The notes beneath the pieces were generated by a model that worked only from the letters and a program-made list of their open reading frames with translations, had not been told where the DNA came from and did not search any database. DNA of 64,000 nucleotides from NCBI RefSeq assembly GCF_964204645.1, contig NC_134028.1, positions 2,170,001 to 2,234,000 on the forward strand. The letters run 5' to 3'. This DNA comes from Tubulanus polymorphus. Taxonomy: Eukaryota; Animalia; Nemertea. Shown one piece after another: positions 45,601-59,200 of the stretch (position 1 is the stretch's first letter; the number at the start of each line of letters is the position of its first letter). A program made the translations under genes and the position numbers.

Positions 45601-48600
45601 GTCCTTGGTAACAGACTATTAGTTAAACAACGTTGGGGAATAGCCTCTACTTGTGTTTTATCACTGTGATTTGAATACCAGCTGAGTTTTTCTCATCACC
45701 TTGGTTTATTGATTGTGGTTTTTTGTGTGAATGGAACGTGCAGTTTATTTTTCATACCCACCTAGCCTTAGGCCTTATAATATTAGTGCCATTAAACCAG
45801 AAAAACCACACAATTTAGCCCAGATCAGGTCCCGGGTCAAATTTAGCCCATGCCTAATCAGCGATAGAGTTCACATGTTAATGCTTCAACAAAGGGGCCA
45901 ACATTAACATTACGATCACAGGGAATTAAATGACCCATGTTAGAATTAGGCATGGGCCTTGTCCCGGTTTGGTCAGGCCAGATTTGGTCCATGTAATGTG
46001 GGCATTATGGGCATTTCGAACCAGTATGAACAGCTTATCTAGCATCTGGTAAAAACATTCGTGTGATCAATGCTATTGTCATGCTCCAGAAAATGAATGA
46101 GTTGTTGATAAGGGAATTTCTGACATTTTTCGTCACACCAAAACATGCTCAGGAACAGATTGAGGAGGTCACGAGACAATTTCAATATTTCACCTCATAC
46201 AAATAGGACGCACAGTCTGCATAAACTGAATGGGTTTTTTGCGTGCTTCTCCTGTTGTTTCAGTTCGACTGTTATTTCATTAGAACACGACGAGTCTGAA
46301 ATAGATGATATACGGTCATATGTCTGATACCGATAATCGATATCCTTGTATCAAAAACGAGTTGCAGAGACCATTAGCGGGCAATATGAAATATGATGAT
46401 ATTGGAAGTAAACATAATTGGTTGTTTGATATGTGCCGGCAAAAAACTGCAGACATTACTGAAATGATCTAGTTTTTGATTGTAGTAGTTAATGGTATGT
46501 TTTGCGATATGTTTTAAGTGTTTTACCAGTCATGATTTGTATGTGATGGTGAGGTTTATATACATACGTGTTGTATATACGATAAGCTACAGTAGCTATG
46601 AGTCACTAGATGTGTCCAGCATCCACTCGCGCGAGAATTCATTCCCCGGAAGGTCACCATGGATTCGAATGACTGATGAGTTGATGACTTCATTGTTGTG
46701 CCGGGCTGCGACTTTTGTACTTTTGTACTCAATGATCCGTTCAAGAGAAGAGTAAACCCGTGTGAAATTCAAGTTAAACTGGATACATCCGGTTTTCAGA
46801 CCGACACCATCTCCCTTCAAATGAGCTATCACATGATGCATAAACGAAAGCCTCCTGTTTCCTACCTATTTGCTTTTATTTATGTTCAACTCCATCTCTG
46901 AGTGCAGCTTTTTCATCCTCGCCCTTTCTTTCACCATTCTCATCTCTGAGTGCAGCTTTTTCATCCTCGCCCTTTCTTTCACCATTCTCATCTCTGAGTG
47001 CAGCTTTTTCATCCTCGCCCTTTCTTTCACCATTCTCATCTCTGAGTGCAGCTTTTTCATCCTCGCCCTTTCTTTCACCATTCTCATCACTGAGTGCAGC
47101 TTTTTCATCCTCGCCCTTTCACCATTCTCATCTCTGAGTGCAGCTTTTTCATCCTCGCCCTTTCTTTCACCATTCTCATCTCTGAGTGCAGCTTTTTCAT
47201 CCTCGCCCTTTCTTTCACCATTCTCATCTCTGAGTGCAGCTTTTTCATCCTCGCCCTTTCACCATTCTCATCTCTGAGTGCAGCTTTTTCATCCTCGCCC
47301 TTTCACCATTCTCATCTCTGAGTGCAGCTTTTTCATCCTCGCCCTTTCACCATTCTCATCTCTGAGTGCAGCTTTTTCATCCTCGCCCTTTCTTTCACCA
47401 TTCTCATCTCTGAGTGCAGCTTTTTCATCCTCGCCCTTTCTTTCACCATTCTCATCTCTGAGTGCAGCTTTTTCATCCTCGCCCTTTCACCATTCTCATC
47501 TCTGAGTGCAGCTTTTTCATCCTCGCCCTTTCACCATTCTCATCTCTGAGTGCAGCTTTTTCATCCTCGCCCTTTCACCATTCTCATCTCTGAGTGTAGC
47601 TTTTTCATCCTCGCCCTTTCACCATTCTCATCTCTGAGTGCAGCTTTTTCATCCTCGCCCTTTCTTTCACCATTCTCATCTCTGAGTGCAGCTTTTTCAT
47701 CCTCGCCCTTTCTTTCACCATTCTCATCTCTGAGTGCAGCTTTTTCATCCTCGCCCTTTCTTTCACCATTCTCATCTCTGAGTGCAGCTTCTTTGATAAT
47801 AGCAACCTTTGAAATTGTATGTACCCCGGCAATCATTCTGTGGCTCAATTTATATTACTTTCATGTTTGAAATTGTCTTCTTCCTTCGACTCATGTTGTC
47901 GATGATTTACCTGATTGTTTCTCACACCACAATGATATGGTCCATGAAAACATTTCATACTTTCATGTTACGAAGGGAAGTTTCCGTGTAAATGAAGGTC
48001 TAATCCTCAGAGCTCGTTTCGAAGCAGCTTAATATTCTAGATGTTGCTCCGGTGTATTTGGAAACTGATTGAAATAAACAGGTTTTTTTTCTAAACGAGT
48101 TAGCTGGTAACGAATGGGAATTGATCGAAGTCTTATCTCGGAAAAAAAGTTTGAAATTACGAGCTTAAAAAGCGTTGACTCGGATTAAACAATAGCAGAC
48201 GCACTTCGTGCGTACATCACCACGACTACGATTTATGAGACACTCGGCTCTGTAATAAACGGCACGTTGGTATTGCGTTGAATTAATGTGACGTGAGTGA
48301 GATTCGTAGTTGACTCGATTCTCATACTGATCACCTCCCCACGGTGGCTGTGACAGTGATTTATTGGGTGCAAAGGGTTAATTCAGGAGCGCGAAGTGTA
48401 CATGATGTGGATGACATAATTACCGTATAGCCAAAAAACAGTCGCAGAGCGGAGAGATAGGAGAGGTCGGGTGAACATCCTCTGGAGCGGAGAGATGGGA
48501 GAGGTCGGGTGTACATCCTCTGGAGTGGAGAGATGGGAGAGGTTGGGTGAACATCCTCTGGAGTGGAGAGATGGGAGAGGTTGGGTGAACATCCTCTGGA

Positions 48601-50182
48601 GTGGAGAGATATGAGAGGTCTGGTGTACATCCTCTGGAGTGGAGAGATGGGAGAGGTCTGGTGAACATCCTCTGGAGTGGAGATATATGAGAGGTCGGGT
48701 GTACATCCTCTGGAGTGGAGATATATGAGAGGTCGGGTGTACATCCTCTGGAGCGGAGAGATAGGAGAGGTCGGGTGTACATCCTCTTGAGTGGAGATAT
48801 ATGAGAGGTCGGGTGAACATCCTCTGGAGTGGAGATATATGAGAGGTCGGGTGTACATCCTCTGGAGCGGAGAGATAGGAGAGGTCGGGTGTACATCCTC
48901 TTGAGTGGAGATATATGAGAGGTCGGGTGTACATCCTCTGGAGTGGAGATATATGAGAGGTCGGGTGTACATCCTCTGGAGCGGAGAGATAGGAGAGGTC
49001 GGGTGTACATCCTCTGGAGCGGAGAGATGGGAGAGGTCTGGTGAACATCCTCTGGAGTGGAGAGATGGGAGAGGTCTGGTGTACATCCTCTTGAGTGGAG
49101 ATATATGAGAGGTCGGGTGTACATCCTCTGGAGTGGAGATATATGAGAGGTCGGGTGTACATCCTCTGGAGCGGAGAGATAGGAGAGGTCGGGTGTACAT
49201 CCTCTTGAGTGGAGATATATGAGAGGTCGGGTGTACATCCTCTGGAGTGGAGATATATGAGAGGTCGGGTGTACATCCTCTTGAGTGGAGATATATGAGA
49301 GGTCGGGTGTACATCCTCTGAAGTGGAGAGATATGAGAGGTCTGGTGTACATCCTCTGGAGCAGAGAGATATGAGAGGTCGGGTGAACATCCTCTGGAGT
49401 GGAGAGATATGAGAGGTCTGGTGTACATCCTCTGGAGTGGAGATATATGAGAGGTCGGGTGAACATCCTCTGGAGTGGAGAGATGGGAGAGGTCTGGTGT
49501 ACATCCTCTTGAGTGGAGATATATGAGAGGTCGGGTGTACCAAGTGCTGGTTGAAATGTGTCAAGCATGCATTTATTTTATGTCTGGTTGATGGTCAAAC
49601 AAATAGCTGCGGACAAAGAAGAGGAATATAAGCAGGGTAAAAAACCAGGGGTGAGACGTATTGACAAACTCGCCCAGTCTGTGCCCCACTTTACAGAATA
49701 ACATAAAACACATATGGCAATTTTTAACAGAATCATTTTAGCAGCATGAGAATTGTTACTAGTTGTGGGTTTGATCGTGACTGACAGCAACATGGATGCA
49801 GCATCGTATGTCGAATTCATCGGTGAATTCATCGGTGAATTCTCCGATGATTGGCTATGTAGATGTCGTAGTTGACCAGAATCTATGACGACAATAAAGC
49901 TGTCACAGTATCCGCACGGTATCCACACGGTATCCGCACGGTATCCACACTGTATCCACATGCCTACAGCGCAAAAACCATTGATTACATTCTAGGGATT
50001 CTATAATATTCGTATCACACGATTGTGAGTGTTTACGATCTGATTAGCCAAACAAGCTTCCAGCTTTCACCGCAGAATTTTTATCACGAATGGATATTAC
50101 TGCAGCACGCGTGGAAAAGTAGCGAATTCTTATGCACAGTCTTTGGTGCATACAGAGCTCATCTTTAAAAACAAAAGCCATT

Positions 50183-50217
<35 letters not shown>

Positions 50218-53200
50218 ACATATACTAGAATAGCTTTTTGTTTCCTTCTCGGAAAGTAATTGACACCTAATCAATTGTGGTTATTTTGAGTTGATCTTCA
50301 GGGTAGAGGTTTTAACAAACTGGGAAATTCGGTAGACAAAGAATCGGGGGGGGGGGGAGCCATTTATAGACATATAACCTCATTAGTAAGCAGAAACTAA
50401 CTCTGCATAAAATAATCAGATCATTATTGCTCTGATATTGAGTTTAATGTTATCAATTTGAGTAATTAGGTTTTCCACTTGGGTATTGAGTCAGCACGAC
50501 CACTATTTATTAGTATCTGATATCTGTATTATTCAAACCTTCAACCCGTCAGCGTCTGGGGACGGATGTCATAAAAAAACTAATCAAAATGACTTTTATT
50601 AGTGATTACTATAAGACTAAGACTTTCAAGTTCAAAGGCTGCTCGTTCATAAGTTGAAAGTCGTATGTATAAATCTAGAGTTATATTTTAAAAATCTTGT
50701 CACAATGCGTCCGATAAAAACTACCCTGGATGGAGGAACGGATTTCTGTCGATGAAATCCGGCTTTCTCCATCCCGGATGCAGATCCGATTTCTTTCACT
50801 CACGTATGGCTAGCCGTATAATTGATTCCGGAATTGGTCACAGATTGTCCGCTGTCCACTAAACAGATGGTCACTTGATCACTTCTCTTGTTGATAATAG
50901 TCAGTCATTATTGCTTTGACTATTGGTACTTGAGTTAGCGCACTAGCCGTATAGAATAGCAATCTGTGTTTGAGAGCTTGAAGATATAGTCTAGTTTATA
51001 CGTCCATGGTTACATGAAGATATTGATGTGAATGTCTATTTTGAAGTCGCCTTTCTAAATAAAGATCGCTTGATTGATGGTTTGTTAGTTCTTGTTTAAT
51101 GAAGAGTGGACAGAAAGCGAACTCTTGAGTTCAAGTTTAAAATCGTCAGATTTCCATGCTCATCATTTCGGAGTTTTTAAGCACTCGGATATCAAGATTT
51201 AACCCATCACATTTGTTTATCAAAAACGAAAAAGATGATAGAGGAAAAATGGCAGTGATTCAATAGTCTTTTATCTCAGTTATTAGGTAAACAAGTCTTC
51301 AGATACTGAATCAATTACCGGTACATATAGATTATATACCCGAGGCTACGCCGCGAAAAAGGTTATTGTCTGTCTTGCTAATAAATTGGTAACACCCAAA
51401 TTTGTCTCAGAATTGATGTAGGCCTAAATGGTAGAATTTGTAAAAGGTTTGTTTGTATTGATGGGAGTGGTATTTTAGCCTGAAACTCTATATCAATAGA
51501 AGGCTCTCGTCTCTAGATATTATTTTGTTTTACAGTAGAAAGCTTCTTCGTAAGTCTTGTATATAGGCTGACGATCAAGGGAAAATTAGAACAATTTCAA
51601 CTTTGCAACTTTGTTCAAACGCCCTTTTCCTATAGTTAGCATAATTTTTCTAGTGTAGTAGGAAAACTGGAAATTTTTTTTTGTTGACACGTCTTAAAAA
51701 TGATATTTACACTAGTGACGCTTTTTGACTAGCAATCTCTGCACGACTCATTAATTTATCTTAATGCGAAAACCAGACACGAGTCGTTGCGATAAAGTGG
51801 AGAATAAATACACCGGTTTTTGTCGACTCGACGAGATTTGATGGTTGAATGCATCAGTTTTTATATCGTAGGCCTTGAACGAATCAAAATACTGATTTTA
51901 GTCGTAGGCCTTTTGTATGAAAATGAGTATCAAATACTTTTTCGAAATATACAAGGCACCATCTCCGCAGTTGGTCTACTAATTGGCCCAAGTCTGTTCC
52001 ATATATCAACCAGAACTTACTAAATTCAAGTTTCATTCATTTCATTTTTTATCCCAACTTAAAAATTTCAGCAAAGATTCTAATTAATCATTTCGTCACA
52101 TAAATGTATCATCCACAATCATTTTACACACAGAATAGACATCGAATTCGATTGAATTGTATTGTAGATATATATATATATATATATATCATTGCTGTGT
52201 TTTATAGACGTCTGGGGAACGTTTGATATTGTATGTTTCTATGGAGATGTGATATCGTTGATATATAAGGGGGTTAAAACTTGCCTGTCAGATCTGAACG
52301 GCGTTAGTCGCCGTCGTCGTCGAAGCTCTCTTTTCCTAAGTCTTAGCGTTCACTTTTTATCTGACAGATCGTCTATGTATGTGTACATAGCTTTGTATTG
52401 TCATCGGAAAGTATGCGCAAACTCAAATACGCCTTCAAACACGGGCCTAATGCAACGATCATACACACTCGTGATGCCCGAGTTATTTGATTTACCAAAC
52501 AAAGGCAACGAGATTTTTCGATATGATAAAAAATAGTCGTGTTTCGGCTGTTTACATTTGAAATAAAGTTGTCGGAATATTTGTATTTTTTTTCAATACT
52601 GGTATAGGAATTGAAAAGTGATTGAAATTGTAATCTATAATCATATATTGAACTGTTAACCGAGAGCAAAATCCCTGAAGGATGGATCGAAAAAAGAGTA
52701 ATTCGTTAAAAATATCCGCTTTTTGAAAGAAAGTTATTCATGATGTATTGAATTTTTCAAAATGCGACTTGCCCGCGGGCGTTTGTTGTGGTTGCGTAAT
52801 TCGATTACCACCCATGCCACCTCTGTTATTTCACATTTTCCATCGATAAACTAACTGTCAGCGGTATTTCTGATTTTCTAGATCGAGCTCGGGTCTTATC
52901 TCGTAAAGCGTTATTCCTGCCTGTTTCTATCATCATATTCTCGTATTTTCACTGATAATTGTATTGCTAAACGAAGTGGAAGAGTAACATTATTTCCCAC
53001 TCTCAGCCGCACTTGTGTAAACTTTGCGAGGCCGTTGTTTTTTCTCACTCGATTCGACGGCTGATCAGCAGCAATACGCGGCTAAACGTATTATTGAGCC
53101 AAAAATATGACGGAGACCCTCTCCCAATGGCTGCATCACCAATTTCTCCCGCCTGTTGGCATGACGAACACTCGGATTTTCATTGTGAATATTAGTTCAT

Positions 53201-56200
53201 TACCGATGAACTTAGACCTGAGTTTTTAGGCTCCCGAATCCATTTATTATCACATGACCCTCGAAATATACTTTGAATTCATTTTTCTACTCAGATGTTG
53301 CTGATTATCAATAATAGGGATCTAATGAAGAAAAAGATTCATTCGGTTTTCATTGAAATGTAGAAGATGAAGCATAGATATGATTTTCAGATTGCTACAT
53401 CTTACAAACAGGATGATTTTGTGATGATTTTCCGCTATGGTTCCACGACTAGCTTCAATGAATTTTGTATTTATATTTTCAGGTTTACACGTTAGAAACG
53501 AAAATCAATTCGACGTTAGAAAAGAATCTGAAACCGATTGAAGACAGCGTCAACAAATCGTCGTCGTTATCGCTGGATCCACCGGCGAAGAACGCGCTGT
53601 TGAAAACGATCAAATCCGTTAAAGACCAAGCGAACAGCATCCTGAATTCAATAACTAATATCAATAAACACGCCAAGAAAGTCGATATTCAGAAATTCGT
53701 AGATTATACGCGACAGTACGAATTCTACAGGTTCGTTTTGTCTTATTATTGCCTGATTGGAATCGCATGATGCATTCTAAATAACAGATCAAATGTTTTG
53801 AGTGATGTTTTTAGAGTTTTGCTATATATGGCGATAAAATGCTGGCTGGGTTGATATTCAACATCACCCGAAGGTGTTTCGAATACTAAAGCTTTGCTTT
53901 AGGGTTTATAAACACTAGATCATTCATTCGCCTTCTAATTTCTGTCAGAAATTTGATCTCGATGTATAGTTCAGTTAGGCGTGTATTATTGAATTGTTTG
54001 GGTTACCAATGATGTTCATTGTATTCGGCATTGAGAAGAGGTGTTTTCCCTAGTTTTTAAAGCGATCTAAAGTGTTCAGCGTTTATCATGTGACAGTCAT
54101 ATTTGAGTAAGTATTTTCGAATAAATATTTGTGGGTGGGAAGAGTAGGATATGCTAATGCAATCGCGTAGGCATACTTACTAAAACAGGATATATGTAAA
54201 CAAGAAAACTGACTTGAAAGTTTATTGACGCCTTGAAAAAATAACACATGTACATTGCGTAATATTGTCGGCAAATTATGAAATATAAATTACATAATAT
54301 TAAGGATCGATGAAGTTATTTTGGTTTTGAATATATCGATAATTGAATTTACCGGCAACCAGTCTAGCTCTGATATCTGGACATCCTCTCAAAAATAATA
54401 ATTAGAATTTATCGAAAATTTCAAAATGTTGACTTTCTTGAAAAAGAACCTTTTAAGAGACGGGGTACCTAGTCAGATGAATCTGACAGCTTCAATATAC
54501 GAAAACCTAAGAAGCGTTGGTGCAGTACTAACCAGTAATTCAGATGCAGCTAAAAAATAAATAGACTGAGTATTTTAAACAATGATTCTGTTACAAATGC
54601 AATAAAACAAGACAGTATATAGATGAGGGGGGGAGGGGGGAACTTCGCTGAATGTTTTCTCGCATAATAAAACTTCAGGCCAGACATAAACATAACGTTA
54701 TCAGTAGATATGATTATTATAGCAGTCAGGCGGATCATCTCATCGCAATGCTTCAAATACTGAAATTTTCACAGACCAACCATACCATCGACCTAGAATG
54801 CTGGATATGTTATGATTCCTTGCTAAATTTTTTCTGCCATTTTGGCAAAACTATTCCCCTTCACAGAGTCATTATCCTGAAAATATTTTACTTATTTTTC
54901 GACGAATTTATTTCAGATGGGTGGCTTTGATCGGTCTGTTCTGTTTACTGGTTATAATATGTCTGCTTTACCTGTTGAGTGTTGGCAAGTCTTCAAAATG
55001 TCTCATCATTTCGTAAGTATATAGACAAAGTAGGGATTGACCTTGACCTAGATCTAGCCAATGATATCGAAATATGAAAAAAAAAGAAATCAGGGAAAAT
55101 GGCTAATCGGGCAAATTTTCTGATTTTTACGATGAAATTGGCCATATGTTTATTAACAATGTTTTTACCAGCGTTGATGGTAATTGATGGATCATGTCGT
55201 ATTCTCAGGCGGTTATCGGGACATTTTATCACCTGTCAAAATCTCTGAAATATGAGTCTTTAATCAGACGTCGAAAATGAGAAAATGATTGCAAACGAAG
55301 ATATTGGATATTAGATGAATGAGGAGAGTCTGTCTCGATGTATTCCATGAAATGTGTCATCCTTGCATAAATGAACAATAAGAGTTATTTTCAGGGTTAG
55401 ACTAGAAATATCCGTTATTTTCGTCGTTGATTTTGTTGCAGCATGGAGTGGGAGTTATGTAGCATTGAGTTGGAGTGAGAGTTATGTAGCATTGAGTGTG
55501 TTATGAAATTTGATGTAACAAAACTATAAACGACATCGAAATGTATCCTATTTCATTGTATTGTAGTATAGAGAAGGTGTGACTTCCTCCACTGCTTGTC
55601 ACACAGCTGTATATAAGATTTCCCTCAGTTATATGAGTAATACTTAAATCCCTTATCATGCTATATTTTCTCTATATATTCTAGATGTACATGTGTGGCC
55701 GTATTCTACTTGTTTCTGTCATGGATTGTGACTGGGGCATTCCTGGGCACTGCAATGGTAAGTACACTAGAACCCGAAGTTTTTGGTTTTGAGGCACATT
55801 TACTGAAGTATGGGCATATGCGTCTACAGTTAACTTCTGGCTTTTGATGTTAGACTCCAGAATATCTCTGAAACAAATATTAGCATCAGTGCTGAGATAA
55901 TCAATCGTAATTTAAGCAGTAACTACTGAAGGCACAAGTATAAAGTTAATAGATTGTCTGTTTCCACGATGCACCGACCACGACCACCACCACCGTGGTT
56001 TGATTAGCTGAGGTGTTATTTACTGATTTTGTTTATAGAACAGTATCCCGGTGATTTCTCAGAATTCATCCATTTCTCACTGTTCAGTATTGCTGAAAAT
56101 TACTGCTATTAACAGCAGTACAAATTACCCATACGAACCATTTCGAATAAACAGTGCCGTTGTAGGCATTAGATTCATAGGCGGCATTTCCTAACTGTAT

Positions 56201-59200
56201 TTTTGGAAACATGTTGCAAAATGTGTAATGGATTCTTCATATGCAACATTCCTATTTCCGAATGAATAAAGTGTGATGAACACGATGTGAAATCTCTATT
56301 TTATGATATTAAGCTACTTATGTTGAATAATAAATAGTCGTATATTTTTTCCAGGCGACAGGAGATTTTTGCGTAGATCCAGATGAGTATATTCGCAGTG
56401 AAAGTAATGCCGTTGATCAAGGTTAGTAATTGTATTTCGTGAGATATGCATCAGTCCCATCGAGGTAATCGAATGATCTGATTACCCCATTACGCAGTGT
56501 TAGCAGGCACTACTGTACGGCCAACTAGGCTTCGGAGCTTCGGAGCTGTCAAATTGAATGTGTGATGTATCGAGATGCCTTTTCTATGAGTGTTTCACTC
56601 GTATTATCCCAGGGGTGGTCAATATATAGACATTTATTTGACTGCCCTTTGTTGGTGAGTTAGGTAATCAACGCCCTGTTAATCTCATATCAGGGCCCAT
56701 TTTCTACAAAAATGATTAAGGCCTAAATCGATATAAGATGACCGGAATTAACGAAGAAATTAAACCTTTTTGTGAAACTGGACCCAGCATCTTAAATCCA
56801 GAAAACAACTGATTTGTCTTGCTCTACATGAAGCAAAAGTATTTTCTGATTGAAGTTATAAGTATCAATTGAACTGGTTATAAGGTCATAATATCCCCGA
56901 TTACTTCCTCAGTCTATACCGGGGTAGATCATTCAGTCAGTTTCATGTGAAATTTTATAACCAGACCATTAAACGTTAGTACATATTATCAGTAAACACG
57001 TTCTAATCGCGTTCTGTTTGTCTCTTGTCTGGGGGTTTCTAATTACGATGCCATTATTCATCAAACTACCGAGTTTGGATTATACCTACGTAGAGATCAT
57101 TAATTACACGTAGCTATAAGTGTCAGACTTCAGGGACTGCACAGTCAGCGTGTTTAGATGAATTTAATGACTTTGCCGTACACCTTTCAATGTTCCAGCC
57201 GTTGAGATATGCAAGTTCATCACCTCAATTACTGATATTTCATAGACCAAATATAAACATAATCTCTCATTTCGACATATTTGAAGGATGGTGTCTTAAG
57301 CTTTTTTCGCCCAGTCTTCGCTTGTCGGGGATACGTTTAAGTTAGAATTTTGTATGATTTTAGGTGTAATGGAGTACTATATGAATTGTGATGGTAAAGT
57401 AAACCCATTCAGTAATGTAAGTATATGTTCTTCTCATCCATCGCCCGCCCATAAGTACTTTAAGTACATGCACTTAACTTTTTATAAGTACGTCTACTTG
57501 GTTATAATCCATCCGTCATCTTTGATGCTCCGCACTAAAAGACCAAATAAGCACATTCGTGATCGTGTGATTATACTGTAATATGGATGACTGGTTTCAC
57601 GCTTCATCTTTTGATTTATCAGGAATTAAGAAAGTCGCAGGACTCCATGCGAGAAATCGTGAAGACATCCACAAAGTTATTCCAGGATATGAAATCGTTT
57701 TTCAAAAAGGCTGAGCGACAAAAGGTTTGTACAACAGCGAAAGCTAGTGTTAAGTACTGTACACAAATGGAGATTTCTGTTGTTGATCGTGGAATGCTTT
57801 AACCCTTTCCTAGATAAAGGCAAATTGTCGAAGTATCCGCACAAATATGGACGAATCGGTGGGAGTGCTCCAGCAACTTACTGCGGCAGTCGACTGTCAC
57901 GGTATACATAAAGCTTACGTCGATATGTTAAACGGTGTCTGTCATACAGGATTGTAAGTTATAATGAGCCATCCGTCTATATACCACGAGCAAGATGATC
58001 CAGAAATACTGACGGATTTATTTATTGAAATTTGAAATTTTGTAGGGCTGGATTAGGATTTTTGGTCGTCGCTGGAATTGGTTTAGGGATATTGCTGAGC
58101 GATATTATCATAATCGCATCGCGAGTGTGGAGATATTTCGGCATCAAGTAAGTAATTGACTGATATACAGGAAAAGATAACCGGCCATTTCCTGCTAGTT
58201 AGCGGGTTGAGACAATTCTATTTGATAGGGACATGGGTCGATGATGTTACACTAATTCACCTCAGTAAGATCACGCTATCCGTGATGAAACCATGAATTT
58301 AGAATCCCACAATTGTTGAAAGACTAAAATGTTTATTTGAAATACTAGAAATATTTTGTATGGTTCCTATCGCCCTCCTTCAGTCTGAAATTATATTTAC
58401 TGTGTATTTATTCGACATAACATTTTAGACTGAAGAAGGGTGATAGGAACCACCTGAAATATTTCAAGATTTTAAATAGATTTTTAAGTCTTTCTTCAAC
58501 TGTAGGATTTTACATTTTGTTTGTTTCATGATGTATACAGAAAGCTTATATATTTGAACACAATCAATGCGGTCACAATTTTGAACAACGTCGTCGAAGA
58601 AAGATGAAGCCTGAAACTGTGAACTGAACAGTTCACTGCATGTGTACTGAGAGCCTGAGAGAACGTCTGTTAAAGAACGATCGAAACACGAATTATCATG
58701 AAAACACTTGTTGATTTTTTTGTTGTTTGTTATTGTCGTTATTATTAACATTAGGGTATTGATATCTTCGACAACGACCACGAGGTCGCCGAACGGCTCA
58801 ATGCGCAGATTTGAATCCAGGTATTTTCAACGCTAACTACGGCTGCAGTTTAACCAATATATATATTATATACATGTGTATTCATATTCATTGTCGCTAT
58901 CATAACATTCATACTGTCACGATCTCAGATCTTCGACGCAATTCCAAATCCCAGATAACTACCCAGTACATACGCTCAGAATGCCAGCAAAATAGCATTT
59001 CTTTATTTACCAGTTTGAACTAAGTTCAAGTAATAGATTGTAATTTACCTAATTTTCTCAACATTTTTGTACATAACACTCATTTCAAATTGAAAACTGA
59101 TTTGCTAATGAAAGCCATGAAGATTTGAGATTGTGAATGAAAAGTTGGTGGTTGGTATTTTTTGTGGAAAAAAGTTTTCGGAAAAACGTGTGAAGTGTCG

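Noticed and set aside
46866-49568. Long repetitive ORFs, and a CRISPR-like appearance of the repeats
   Set aside because: Head-to-tail minisatellites with no unique spacers, in a eukaryotic intron, with no cas genes.
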